Program-made: the position numbers and the translations under genes
From: an uncultured Traorella sp.
GTDB taxonomy: Bacteria > Bacillota_I > Bacilli_A > Erysipelotrichales > Erysipelotrichaceae
Direction: 5' to 3'
DNA length: 64,000 nt
NCBI RefSeq assembly: GCF_944327115.1
Contig: NZ_CALVGS010000041.1
Span: 3,931-67,930, forward strand
In this document: positions 26,357-36,310 of the stretch, one piece after another
How the letters are laid out: each line of letters opens with the position of its first letter
Numbering within the stretch: position 1 is the stretch's first letter
Notes under the pieces: generated by a model
Databases searched by the model: none
The model's input: only the letters and a program-made list of their open reading frames with translations
Told to the model about the DNA's origin: nothing

Positions 26357-27515
26357 CTAAAAGTCTTTTCGCAGCTGTTTCATCCCTAAAATATTCATCA
26401 AAAACAATCTTTGCTTCATTTGGAAATAAAGCTTCAAACTTATCAAAATCAATCGCCTGTTTTTCATATAACTTTAGACATCTCGAAAGAACTTCATCCA
26501 TCTTTTCCTCACCGATTTGTTTTTCTAAGGCAATCAGTGCCAATGCACCAAAAGAATAAGAGAGGGCTCCCAATTCTTCATCCGCAAAGCTGTCGATCGG
26601 CATCGGAGGTACTTCATAGGTTGTCATGATATTGCGGTAGTCATGTAAATATTCTTTTTCCGTTTCTTTTTTAGATTGGATATGCAGGGCATCACAAACC
26701 CGGTACGTAAAATATTGGGTCAGACCTTCATCAAAGAAACGGGCCCGCTGAATATGCTTCTCACAGAGCGGATTCCAATGAATATGAATGATTTCATGGA
26801 TCAGCTGCCTGGCATCGTTACAGCCTTCTTCTGTAATGAACATCGTATTTGGAAGCACAAAGCTGCCATATCCCTCAGGAATAACGATGATCTTATGATC
26901 CTGTATCGCTGCTTTTTTATAATGATTCATGAAATCATTTGTATCATAGATGATCTTCTCAACTTTTTGAATGACTTCCTGTTTTAAATCTTCATAAAAG
27001 ATCGAACCAAAAAATGTTTCCTGCTGATGATAATTTCCAATCACAAAGGTAGGATTAAAGCCTTTTAGACAGCCATCGATCTCTTTTAAATTGCTTACGA
27101 CACAGCGGTCATCTTCCATCTCAACACAAGCTTCAAAGCGATCACTGTCATCGGGCTCAAGCAGATGATGCACGTAAGCTTCATCATCCGGTCGAATAAA
27201 ACAAGGGTAATAGATCGTTTCATGACGTAAGATATAAAAATCATCACTTGTCTTTTCTTTGACATAAGGATAATTGCCACTCGTACCGTCTAAAATACCT
27301 TCATATTCTATCTTAAGATTTCCGCTTACCTTGTCAAAATGAATGAGTTTGAAATTAGAATCTGTAATTTCTTCCTGAAAGCATAATTCTTTATCATCAC
27401 AGAAAAGATGAATGATCTGAAATGACTTATTTATCGCAAAATAATCAGTATCTTTGACATTCCTTATCAATGTTGCTTTGATCTTATTGCTTAAGCGCAG
27501 CCATAATTGATTCAT
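26346..27515 (-). CDS. Gluzincin (M1-like) metallopeptidase-like protein
   Basis: HEIIH plus exactly 18 residues plus E (HEIIHIHWNPLCEKHIQRARFFDEGLTQYF) gives the HEXXH-X18-E signature. Start set at MNQLW with an AGAGGTG RBS. Confidence 0.6.
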   Translation of the reverse strand: MNQLWLRLSNKIKATLIRNVKDTDYFAINKSFQIIHLFCDDKELCFQEEITDSNFKLIHFDKVSGNLKIEYEGILDGTSGNYPYVKEKTSDDFYILRHETIYYPCFIRPDDEAYVHHLLEPDDSDRFEACVEMEDDRCVVSNLKEIDGCLKGFNPTFVIGNYHQQETFFGSIFYEDLKQEVIQKVEKIIYDTNDFMNHYKKAAIQDHKIIVIPEGYGSFVLPNTMFITEEGCNDARQLIHEIIHIHWNPLCEKHIQRARFFDEGLTQYFTYRVCDALHIQSKKETEKEYLHDYRNIMTTYEVPPMPIDSFADEELGALSYSFGALALIALEKQIGEEKMDEVLSRCLKLYEKQAIDFDKFEALFPNEAKIVFDEYFRDETAAKRLLEDA

Positions 27516-27566
27516 GATATCACCTCTTATACAAAAAGGATGAGCAATCCCCATCCTATCCGCTTA

Positions 27567-28001
27567 TTATTTGCAATCAAAGCCACTGCTTTCCAATGAA
27601 TCCAATGTCTGTTCCAATGAAATATAAGATACGTTTTCACCATCAGCCGTAATCAATTCCGCATCCATCAATTCATTGAAATCTGCCTCGGTAAAATCGA
27701 TCGTAATGTTTTCAATAAGCATATTTCCTGAAAATTCATAACTATATTCTACACCTTTTACATCATAGGCAGATCGATAACTCTCGGCAATCTGTGCCAT
27801 TTCTTCTTCACTGTAGCCTGTCGTTGTATAATCCATTTCATTTTGAACCGTCTGGCGGGTGATCTCATCTCCGTTTGATTCAAAGGAATTGGTAACGCTG
27901 ACACCATTCATATCTGCTGTGCAGACCGTTGTCTTCGTGTCGCCGCCGTTTGAACATCCTGCCAAACATAAAACACATAAAATCGCTGTTAACTTTTTCA
28001 T
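27567..28001 (-). CDS. Lipoprotein (YehR/DUF1307-like)
   Basis: MKKLTAILCVLCLAGCSNG contains a lipobox (LAGC). RBS GAGGAG. About 144 aa. Confidence 0.65.
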   Translation of the reverse strand: MKKLTAILCVLCLAGCSNGGDTKTTVCTADMNGVSVTNSFESNGDEITRQTVQNEMDYTTTGYSEEEMAQIAESYRSAYDVKGVEYSYEFSGNMLIENITIDFTEADFNELMDAELITADGENVSYISLEQTLDSLESSGFDCK

Positions 28002-28119
28002 TTTTTCTCCTCTTCTTATTATATCCTTCATCATCATTTCCCTTATCATTCTTTTTCCTCCTTTCTTTCTCTGATTCTATTATACACAAATTTGTAAATA
28101 ATAAAAGGGGAATTGTCCC

Positions 28120-28683
28120 CTATATTTCTGTATATTTTCTTAACTCATGGACGAGCCGGCACATCGGCAGACCCACTACATTGGAATAATCTCCTTCAAT
28201 CTTTTTCACAAACATCATGCCTTTTCCCTGAATGGCATAGCTGCCTGCCTTATCATAATGTTCACGGCTTTTAATGTAATCATCAATTTCCTGATCGCTC
28301 AATTCACAAAAGGTTACATTTGTCACCTCATAAAAAGCTTCATGAACCTGTTGATTGACAAGTGCGACACCGGTAATGACCTTATGTGTCTTACCTGATA
28401 AAAGCTTCAGCATCCTTCTTGCATCATCACTATCCTTCGGTTTTCCCAAGATTTCATCACCGATGACAACGATGGTATCCGCCCCGATGACCAGATTGCC
28501 TCCATGGCTTTCATAAACTGCTTCTGCCTTCTGTTTTGCCAGCTTCATGACTCCTTCTTCAATACCATTTGAAAGATCAAGATGCTCCTCTATCTTAGGG
28601 CTTGCACAGCTAAAAGGGATCCCGCTTATATTCATCAATTCTCTTCTTCTCGGCGATTCGCTTGCCAGTACCACACTTCTCAT
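28120..28683 (-). CDS. maf: Maf-like nucleoside triphosphate pyrophosphatase
   Basis: VLASESPRRRELM, GADTIV and AGSYAIQG motifs. Confidence 0.9.
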   Translation of the reverse strand: MRSVVLASESPRRRELMNISGIPFSCASPKIEEHLDLSNGIEEGVMKLAKQKAEAVYESHGGNLVIGADTIVVIGDEILGKPKDSDDARRMLKLLSGKTHKVITGVALVNQQVHEAFYEVTNVTFCELSDQEIDDYIKSREHYDKAGSYAIQGKGMMFVKKIEGDYSNVVGLPMCRLVHELRKYTEI

Positions 28684-28718
28684 ATTTTCACTTCTTTCTG
28701 ATAAAAATTATAAACCCA

Positions 28719-29447
28719 TTAGTCATCTTTTTCAATCAAATTTGATTTTTTCAGATGCTTTTGTATTCCATAATAAAAAAGTAAAGCAATGGCCGCATAA
28801 CAAATCACAAATCCGGCAACGATCCGCATCACCATACCGAAAAAGAATTCTTCAGGAAACATATTGATCATGATCGAAACCCTTGGATCCAACAGCCACA
28901 GATCATTAGAAAAGAAGATCTGATGAAAAACGGTCCAAAACCGATTAAAATCAATCAGTGCATAAACAACAAGAAAAGATACCACGATCACAAAAGCAAG
29001 CGTTACCTGACGAAAACCATCTTTTATTGAAACCAGAGCCGTATCCAGCGATATCTGTTTCTTTTTATATACCGCAAAGATAAACAAAAAAGCAGCGATG
29101 CCCATACCTGTCAATAAAAAACAAACCACTCTGGCATTCTGATAAAGCATTCTGACATCCACCATATGAGCCGTTTCCCGCTCATCAAACACTTCCCTCT
29201 CAACACCATGGACTTCCTGTACACAGCTGATATCTTCTCTGTTGCCTTTGATATAGCTCAATAAAGCATCCGTCGCCTCAAAAAGAGCTTCATTGCTCAT
29301 ACCGATATTTTCAGCTGTATGCAGCTTTGTATATTCACTTTCATAATAATTCAAATTAAACGCATGAAAATCAATATTGCCAAACAGACAGGCCACCAAT
29401 ATGCCCACTGCCACAATAACACCTGCGATCCTACTGCTTCTTTCCAA
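28719..29447 (-). CDS. lit: TIGR01906/DUF1461 family membrane protein (lipoprotein intramolecular transacylase Lit family)
   Basis: N-terminal TM segment, ERETAHMVDVRMLY motif and C-terminal FHQIFFSNDLWLLDP...FPEEFF, typical of this family. Confidence 0.7.
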   Translation of the reverse strand: MERSSRIAGVIVAVGILVACLFGNIDFHAFNLNYYESEYTKLHTAENIGMSNEALFEATDALLSYIKGNREDISCVQEVHGVEREVFDERETAHMVDVRMLYQNARVVCFLLTGMGIAAFLFIFAVYKKKQISLDTALVSIKDGFRQVTLAFVIVVSFLVVYALIDFNRFWTVFHQIFFSNDLWLLDPRVSIMINMFPEEFFFGMVMRIVAGFVICYAAIALLFYYGIQKHLKKSNLIEKDD

Positions 29448-30546
29448 CCTGACTCACCCAGCTTCCTACCTTATCCTTTACTTCATCAAAGCTGATCCTG
29501 ACATTTTCCGGAATAGAAATGACCTTCTCTTTCATTTCTTTTTGAAACAACGACATCAGCGTCTGAATTTCCACCGATCTGAAATCCTCATCCTCGCTCA
29601 ACAGATTCTGATGAATACCGATATTATAAAGCACCACATGATACATCTCTTCCAATGAACAGTCATTCTGACAATATTCCATGAACTTATGTACCAGCTT
29701 TTTCTTATTTTCTTCATCCAGTAAATTTACAAAATGATTGCTGACAAGATCCGCAAGCTTCGCAAGGATCGACTTCTTAGCAGCACTGACAAAGCAGCCA
29801 TCCACCTTTTCATATGCCCATATCTGATGTGATTCATAGGCCTCCGTTACACTGAGCCCTTTGCATAAAGAAGCGACCAGTACCGGCTCTTTCACATGTG
29901 AAAACATCGAGCTGACAGGATCATTTTCATTCTCGATACATAAGAGCTTATTTTTAAAATGAATATCATCGATCCTTTTCTTATACTGCTGCATCATATC
30001 ATCATTGATGCCCGGAGCATTGAATGTTACGATCTCATTGATCTGCGCCAACTTTTCATTACTGCAGACCACTCCTAAAAACAAAGCAAGATTGCCGCCC
30101 TTCGAATGACCGATCAGATGCAGTCTTTTATTCGTATGCAGGCTGTTGAAATATTTCATTGCCCGTAATTGCTGATGCGTCACACCCAGCCAGATCTCCA
30201 GATTATCCAGCCAGTCCTCCCAGCCATTTTCATGATCCACAGCATCATAAGATTCACTGCCCCGATAAATCAGATAACAGTCATCCTTATCCTCCAGCTG
30301 ATAGAAGACAAGACCGCTATGATTATTTTCATTGACATAATTGACGATTTCCAGATCCATAAAATCATAGAAATTCTGCTTCATCACATAGTCATATAAA
30401 CGCTGATAAAAATCATTTTCTTTATATCCTTTAAGAAAGCACTGTTCCAGATAAGTAGAAAACAACATCCCTTTTCGATACTCGGGAATATCAAAATATG
30501 TCAATGCACATAAAGAAGCATAGTCCTCCGCCCTATATCTTAACAT
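29431..30546 (-). CDS. Mbeg1-like (DUF2974) alpha/beta-hydrolase, lipase-like
   Basis: YLIYRGSES...WEDWLDNL and nucleophile elbow HLIGHSKGGNLA. Overlaps both neighbouring genes. Confidence 0.7.
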   Translation of the reverse strand: MLRYRAEDYASLCALTYFDIPEYRKGMLFSTYLEQCFLKGYKENDFYQRLYDYVMKQNFYDFMDLEIVNYVNENNHSGLVFYQLEDKDDCYLIYRGSESYDAVDHENGWEDWLDNLEIWLGVTHQQLRAMKYFNSLHTNKRLHLIGHSKGGNLALFLGVVCSNEKLAQINEIVTFNAPGINDDMMQQYKKRIDDIHFKNKLLCIENENDPVSSMFSHVKEPVLVASLCKGLSVTEAYESHQIWAYEKVDGCFVSAAKKSILAKLADLVSNHFVNLLDEENKKKLVHKFMEYCQNDCSLEEMYHVVLYNIGIHQNLLSEDEDFRSVEIQTLMSLFQKEMKEKVISIPENVRISFDEVKDKVGSWVSQVGKKQ

Positions 30547-31759
30547 CCACTTCACTTCTTTCCTGACGGATCATCTGCATATTTCCAAGCATCTGGACCG
30601 CCTGCTGATAATATGTCATGTCACTGCACTCGGCATTGACCATCAGCATTTCATTTTCCTTGACACACTGGGCCTGCATGTATAGGCCATGCGATCCGTC
30701 ATGGAGCTGGTGAAGCACGCTTTTGATCTTCATCTGTCCATCATCAAAATTCAAGCTGTCCATGGAATCCACCGTATTCAGATAACGATAGGCAAAATCC
30801 ATCTTATCCTGACTTTTATAACCGGTGATCTTCACGCTTAAAAGCGTTTCTTCTTCATTTACAAGATCTAAGATCATCGTATGTCCATCAAAGCTTTGAA
30901 GTGCATTTCCTTGGAAATAAATAAACCAGTTCCCATAGACATAAAATACCTCATGCTTACGATAGCCGACATCTCCTTTTGGATATTGATCAACATCAAA
31001 GATCTTATTTTCACGATTCAAAAGCCGGCATAACATCTGATACTCATCGATCGGCAACGGCAATTCCTTATCCATCTCATGTGCCTTCTCCAAAGCATCA
31101 CAAATCGATCTTGCAAGATTCAGGGCCGTTTCATCATACAATGAGTTTTCAAATAAACAGTCACACCATAGACTGACCAAAGCAGAATTCCGATAAAAAA
31201 GCGCATCCTTTTCTACTTCATTCCAAATATAAAAGCAATGACATGCCTCTTGAAGCGAAAGCTTTTTACACTGATCGGCATACACATAGCCAAACGGTGT
31301 GATCACGCTTTTCGGCTTTGCGACAGGCAGATAGCTCTTATCATCCCATGCATATGTAGCCTCATCCTCTTCCTTCATCTTTGAAAAACTATCCATCAAA
31401 CGATGCATGTAGGGATAAAAGGCCAGATCCTTGATCCGGTTCAGATCATGATCCTCCAGATAATCACATTCATCATCTAAAGATAGATAGATATGACTTT
31501 CTTTTTGAAGCTTATCAAACAGCTCACAGACAAAAGCATGATATCCCGGCCCCACAAGAGCCGTATTTGTTTTCAAAACTGCATAATAATTCGCAATATT
31601 GACTTCGATCGTACCGCATGGGCAGACATATATCGTACCAATGCCATGATCTATTTCAAAAGGCAGCTTATATTCATGACATATTTTTTCGATATGTTCG
31701 ATCAGTATATCTTCATCTTCTTTTGTTTTTACGATTCCTTCCAGGCTTACATGTATCAT
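30533..31759 (-). CDS. Hypothetical protein (408 aa, Cys/aromatic-rich, no recognised domain)
   Basis: Long ORF with a GAGGA RBS, first gene of the operon. Its stop overlaps the downstream start. Confidence 0.6.
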   Translation of the reverse strand: MIHVSLEGIVKTKEDEDILIEHIEKICHEYKLPFEIDHGIGTIYVCPCGTIEVNIANYYAVLKTNTALVGPGYHAFVCELFDKLQKESHIYLSLDDECDYLEDHDLNRIKDLAFYPYMHRLMDSFSKMKEEDEATYAWDDKSYLPVAKPKSVITPFGYVYADQCKKLSLQEACHCFYIWNEVEKDALFYRNSALVSLWCDCLFENSLYDETALNLARSICDALEKAHEMDKELPLPIDEYQMLCRLLNRENKIFDVDQYPKGDVGYRKHEVFYVYGNWFIYFQGNALQSFDGHTMILDLVNEEETLLSVKITGYKSQDKMDFAYRYLNTVDSMDSLNFDDGQMKIKSVLHQLHDGSHGLYMQAQCVKENEMLMVNAECSDMTYYQQAVQMLGNMQMIRQERSEVDVKI

Positions 31760-31821
31760 AAATATTCCTCACATTCTTTTCTATTTTACTCGTTTCAGCC
31801 ATAAAATACTAGAGGTGAGCC

Positions 31822-32655
31822 ATGAAAACTTTATTTCTTTTGATCTTTATCTTCGCTTCTGTTTTTCATTATCAGTCAGTCATACTGGAAAATCAAAAAA
31901 CATGGCTTTTTTTCATTGAACAGCTCTTGCCCAGCCTTTTTCTATTATGTGTCCTCATCCAAATGATCCCGCTTCCTAAAAAAAATATGCCAACCTTTTT
32001 TAATAAGATCTTTCATATGGACACAGCCTCCCTGCTGATCGTAATCAAAGCTATTTTGCTGGGTTCTCCTGCCCAAAGCTATATGATCAATGCCCTTCTG
32101 AAGGAGCACAAGCTGACAAAGGCCCAATCACGCCGCCTGATCGTCTGTACAGCCATTCCTTCCTTTAGCTTCATGATGATGAGCCTGGCATTTATGACCT
32201 CCCAAAAAACAGCCCTGATTGTCTTTACGATCCATGTATTGAATATTTTCATACTCCTTTTTATCACCCGTAAGACAGCCATCTCTTTGAACAGCCCTTC
32301 TACTGCCACCTCCCTTTATCAGGCTGTTTCATTCTCTCTTCATACGATGGCACTGATTCTGGCATATCTATTGATTGCCGCCTCATTAAAGAGTCTTCTT
32401 TTGATATACTTAAAACCGTTGTCTTCCCCTATTCAGCTTCTGATGGAATTTTCCAGCGGCTGTGCCTACTATGCCCCATATGACAATCATCTGCCTTATC
32501 TTCTGATATGCATCGGCTTTGGCGGCTTCACCTCACATCTTCAGATCATGGGTGGGTGTAAGGAAAGCGAGCTGCGGTATCGTGATTATTTGAAATTTCG
32601 TCTATGCCATATCTTCTTCAATCTTTCTCTATATTTTATATTTTCCTTGTTTTGA
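31822..32655 (+). CDS. Polytopic membrane protein, YlbJ/nucleoside-recognition-domain-like (short)
   Basis: WLFFIEQLLPSLFLLCVL and LGSPAQSYMINALLKEHKLTKAQSRRL resemble the N-terminal half of YlbJ. RBS GAGGTG. Confidence 0.45.
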   Translation: MKTLFLLIFIFASVFHYQSVILENQKTWLFFIEQLLPSLFLLCVLIQMIPLPKKNMPTFFNKIFHMDTASLLIVIKAILLGSPAQSYMINALLKEHKLTKAQSRRLIVCTAIPSFSFMMMSLAFMTSQKTALIVFTIHVLNIFILLFITRKTAISLNSPSTATSLYQAVSFSLHTMALILAYLLIAASLKSLLLIYLKPLSSPIQLLMEFSSGCAYYAPYDNHLPYLLICIGFGGFTSHLQIMGGCKESELRYRDYLKFRLCHIFFNLSLYFIFSLF

Positions 32656-32743
32656 AAATACCGGTCATTTTATTTGATTTTTTTGAGTCATATTTCACAA
32701 AATTGCCTTAAGCGTGATATAATAAGGAGTACGAGGTGATGAA

Positions 32744-33208
32744 ATGCTTCATAATCTTTTCCCATTGTGGATCGCATTATGTGCTAATATCCTGGCACAG
32801 GTTATAAAACCTTTTATTTATTATTACCGAAGCGGTAAATTTGATATTCACTATACGATTGCCTGCGGAGGATTTCCAAGCAGCCATACATCAACCGTAA
32901 CAGCTCTAAGCATTGCGGTCGGCCTTGTAGAAGGGTTTGATTCTACATTGTTTGCGATAACATCCGTTTTCAGCGTGATCGTGATTTATGATGCTGTCAA
33001 TGTGCGCTATTATGCGGGAAAAAACATTCAGTTGACACAGCAGCTAGTATCGGATCTTGCGGAAATGATCAAGCTGCCTTTAGATGATCCTATCTATCAT
33101 GAGAAGATGAAGCAGGTATTGGGACATCGTATGATCGAAGCTGTCGGCGGTTTTGTATTAGGTGCCGTATTAACAGTGGTGGTTGCTTTTATATTAGGTC
33201 TTTTTTAG
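32744..33208 (+). CDS. Divergent PAP2 family protein (DUF212)
   Basis: GGFPSSHTSTVTAL and GHRMIEAVGG motifs; 154 aa. Confidence 0.85.
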   Translation: MLHNLFPLWIALCANILAQVIKPFIYYYRSGKFDIHYTIACGGFPSSHTSTVTALSIAVGLVEGFDSTLFAITSVFSVIVIYDAVNVRYYAGKNIQLTQQLVSDLAEMIKLPLDDPIYHEKMKQVLGHRMIEAVGGFVLGAVLTVVVAFILGLF

Positions 33209-33217
33209 GAGGTTTAT

Positions 33218-33454
33218 ATGAGTGAGAAAGAAAAAGAAATTATTGCGGTATTAGAAAAGATCCGCCCTTATATTCAAAGAGATGGCGGTGATTTAGAATT
33301 TGTCAGCTTTAAGGATGGGATCGTTACGATCAAAATGCTGGGTGCCTGCAGCGATTGTTTAGCCTTGGATGATACGATTTCCATGGGTGTCGAAGCCCTT
33401 TTGCTGGAAGAAGTTGAAGGCGTCGTTGGTGTCCAGGTAGCACAGGCTTATTAA
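33218..33454 (+). CDS. NifU-like (C-terminal domain) Fe-S cluster protein
   Basis: IRPYIQRDGGDLEFV...MLGACSDC motif; 78 aa. Confidence 0.85.
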   Translation: MSEKEKEIIAVLEKIRPYIQRDGGDLEFVSFKDGIVTIKMLGACSDCLALDDTISMGVEALLLEEVEGVVGVQVAQAY

Positions 33455-33468
33455 ACATATCAGGCAGC

Positions 33469-33500
33469 AAAGCACTGATCATGGGTCAGTGCTTTTTTTC
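33469..33500 (+). terminator. Intrinsic terminator after the NifU-like gene
   Basis: AGCACTGA / TCAGTGCT stem followed by T7. Confidence 0.6.
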
Positions 33501-33601
33501 TGTTCAAAATAACCTGTTTTTTGATAACGTTGTTTTTTTTGATCATTTGCCGGTAAAATCAATTCTAACGCGATATAAAAATCTTTTATTAATAAAAGGT
33601 A

Positions 33602-33629
33602 TTGAAATTATAAGAGAATTTGCTATAAA
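33602..33629 (+). promoter_or_regulatory. Candidate promoter of the GGDEF-led operon
   Basis: TTGAAA, 16 nt, TATAAA, about 50 nt upstream of the ATG at 33678. Confidence 0.4.
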
Positions 33630-33677
33630 ATAAATAATGATTTTTAAATATATATTTTTAATTCGAATGGGGCCAAT

Positions 33678-35582
33678 ATGAAAAAAGAAAAAAAGAGTAA
33701 TTTATTCAAATCAATGAGTATCACCATGTTATTGATTTTTTTAATGATAAGCGGATCTTTTGTTGCAGTAAGATGGATCAGCAAAATCGAAGAAGAACAA
33801 AGCTTTATGAAGCTTCATGAAGAAACAGATTATCTGGCAGAACATATTCAATTAAACATTGATAACGACCGCGGACAATTGGAAATCATTGCGGCAGTCA
33901 TTGCCAGAGCTGAAAGTTTCACAGATCAGATTTTATGGGATATTTTAGATTCTTACTCAAATATCGGATTGATTTCAAGACTGGAGCTGCTTTTGCCTGA
34001 TGATACCATCGTTACCCGTCATGGCGAGATCCGCATACAGGATTCTTTATCCTTTGATAAAGAAGCTGCATTAGGAAGCCATATCACAGACCTGGAAAAT
34101 GATTTCATAAATGACGGGCAAGCGATCTTACGTCATTATGTTCCCGTCATCCAAAACAATCAGATAACCGCCATGCTGTATGGAGTCATTGAAGTAGCTT
34201 CCCTGCCCAGCATTTTAATCAATGATCCCTATGACGGTGAAGCAGCTGCCTATCTCATGGAAGGTGAAACAGGTAATCTGATCGTTGATACATGGCATAG
34301 TGAATTAGGCAATCTTTGGGATATGGGTAAACGACAAATGGCTGATGGTTATGATTATGAGCAGTTGAAAGAAGGACTCATTAACGGTAAGTCAGATTAT
34401 GTCGTATTTGTATCCGAAACGATTGGCAAATATCTTTATTTCTATTATGAACCATTAGGAATCAATGACTGGCGGATTGCCCTCTCCGTACCCGAAGATG
34501 TCGTTTTTGAAAATTCTAACCTTGTTAAACATGTGACATCACTTTTTTTGGGATTTGAAATTATTGTTTTTATCATTTATTTCATTTGGATGATTACTTA
34601 CATAAAAAAAGAAACAAGAGAAAAACAGCTTCAGCTGGATATGATCAATGCTACGAATAATGTAGAGAAATATCTTTTCAATGCTCATGAAAACAGAAAT
34701 AATATTACGTTGGCATTGAAAGAAGTTGCTAAAATATCTCATGCCGAAGAAATATATTTATATATGAAAGAATCACAGATGCATATTTATAGCTGGCAAA
34801 AGAATGAGATCACTTATGCATCGCTTATGGAAAATGAAGTTCCGATCTCCCTGTTTTACTATTTTAAAAAAGGAAATCAGGATTTTATCTCATTTGATAG
34901 AGCTGAGATCAATCAACTATTAGGTAAAAAACACCCTTTACCGGTAAAGACCCTAGGTGTAATTTCTATCAGGGATACCGATAATCATATATGTGGTTTT
35001 TTGATGGTTGTCAATATGAGTCCACGTGAAAGGATCGCAGATTTTTTAAGAAATATCCGTTATAGCTTTAATATGTGTTACAACAATATCAGTACTTATA
35101 ACATTATTAAAGAATTTGGAGAAAAGGATATGTTATGCGGTGTTTATAATCGGAACCGCTTTGAAACGAATCTGATCAAATATCCTTCCCTTTACAAAAC
35201 TTCACTGGCCTGTATTTATATTGATGTGAATGGACTTCATGAATTAAATAATACACAAGGTCATGAGAGCGGTGATGAGATGCTTAAAGCGGTTGCTCAG
35301 ATGATTCGTGAAAATTTTGAGGCAGAACACACTTATCGTATCGGCGGTGATGAATTTATCATCTTTGTGATCGATACGCCGGAAGATGTGATCACAGAAA
35401 AAATAAAACAGCTGAAAGCAACGCTTAACTCTTTCGGCTACTCTATTTCTGTGGGTATGGAGTGGCAGACACAGGTGATTGATATGGACGATCTGGTACG
35501 CAGGGCTGAAAAGAAAATGTATGTTGAAAAAAAGAATTATTATAATGATAAAAATCACGATCGCCGGAAGAATCTCACATGA
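33678..35582 (+). CDS. Membrane sensor diguanylate cyclase (GGDEF domain)
   Basis: N-terminal TM segment, extracytoplasmic region of about 260 aa, second TM segment, cytoplasmic linker, then C-terminal GGDEF domain (DVNGLHELNNTQGHESGD, RIGGDEFIIF). No RxxD I-site is visible 5 residues upstream of GGDEF. Confidence 0.88.
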   Translation: MKKEKKSNLFKSMSITMLLIFLMISGSFVAVRWISKIEEEQSFMKLHEETDYLAEHIQLNIDNDRGQLEIIAAVIARAESFTDQILWDILDSYSNIGLISRLELLLPDDTIVTRHGEIRIQDSLSFDKEAALGSHITDLENDFINDGQAILRHYVPVIQNNQITAMLYGVIEVASLPSILINDPYDGEAAAYLMEGETGNLIVDTWHSELGNLWDMGKRQMADGYDYEQLKEGLINGKSDYVVFVSETIGKYLYFYYEPLGINDWRIALSVPEDVVFENSNLVKHVTSLFLGFEIIVFIIYFIWMITYIKKETREKQLQLDMINATNNVEKYLFNAHENRNNITLALKEVAKISHAEEIYLYMKESQMHIYSWQKNEITYASLMENEVPISLFYYFKKGNQDFISFDRAEINQLLGKKHPLPVKTLGVISIRDTDNHICGFLMVVNMSPRERIADFLRNIRYSFNMCYNNISTYNIIKEFGEKDMLCGVYNRNRFETNLIKYPSLYKTSLACIYIDVNGLHELNNTQGHESGDEMLKAVAQMIRENFEAEHTYRIGGDEFIIFVIDTPEDVITEKIKQLKATLNSFGYSISVGMEWQTQVIDMDDLVRRAEKKMYVEKKNYYNDKNHDRRKNLT

Positions 35583-35598
35583 AAGGAGTTGATGCGTC

Positions 35599-36294
35599 AT
35601 GAATGAAGTGCTTCGTCAGGAAAAGAAATTTCTGATATCGGCAGATCAGTATTATCAATACAGCCATTATTTTGAAAACATTCTGTCTTTAGACGCTCAT
35701 AGCCATGGAGATGGTTACGAGATTCGTTCTTTATATTTTGATTCCCTTGATGATCGGGATTTTCAGGAAAAAGAAGACGGTGTTGAAGTCCGTCGGAAGA
35801 TTCGCCTGAGAAATTATGGGGCAGACAGTCCTTTTGCAATGTTAGAAATGAAACAAAAACAAGGGATCTTACAGAAAAAACGTTCTTTAAAGATGAAACG
35901 CGAGGATGCTGGAAATTTAATGACAGGAGAATATTCAGTTCTATTACAGTATCCGGATGACTTTGCGGCAGAATGTTATGCTCTCATGAGCATGCATTGT
36001 TATCGCCCGGTCTGTGTGGTCAGTTATATGCGTAAGGCCTTTATCGCAAAAGAAAATAAGATAAGGATCACTTTTGATCATCATATTACCGCCAGTGAAT
36101 CGAATTTTGATATTTTCTCCAACGATTTAATCCAGAACAGCGTCTTGCATCCATATTTAGCAGTATTAGAAGTTAAATATAATGGCTTCTTATTGTCCTA
36201 TATCAAAGATACGATCAACCGGATCGACAAAAGCGAAACAGCACTCAGCAAATACTGCTTAGGAAGAACAATCGGAAAACATTATTTGTTTTAG
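35599..36294 (+). CDS. VTC-domain (polyphosphate-polymerase-like, triphosphate tunnel) protein
   Basis: Alternating charged beta-strand motifs RQEKKF, IRSLYFD, RRKIRLRNY, LEMKQK, RITFD, LEVKY; 231 aa; RBS AAAGGAG. Confidence 0.75.
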   Translation: MNEVLRQEKKFLISADQYYQYSHYFENILSLDAHSHGDGYEIRSLYFDSLDDRDFQEKEDGVEVRRKIRLRNYGADSPFAMLEMKQKQGILQKKRSLKMKREDAGNLMTGEYSVLLQYPDDFAAECYALMSMHCYRPVCVVSYMRKAFIAKENKIRITFDHHITASESNFDIFSNDLIQNSVLHPYLAVLEVKYNGFLLSYIKDTINRIDKSETALSKYCLGRTIGKHYLF

Positions 36295-36310
36295 AAAGGG
36301 AGGAATTGTC

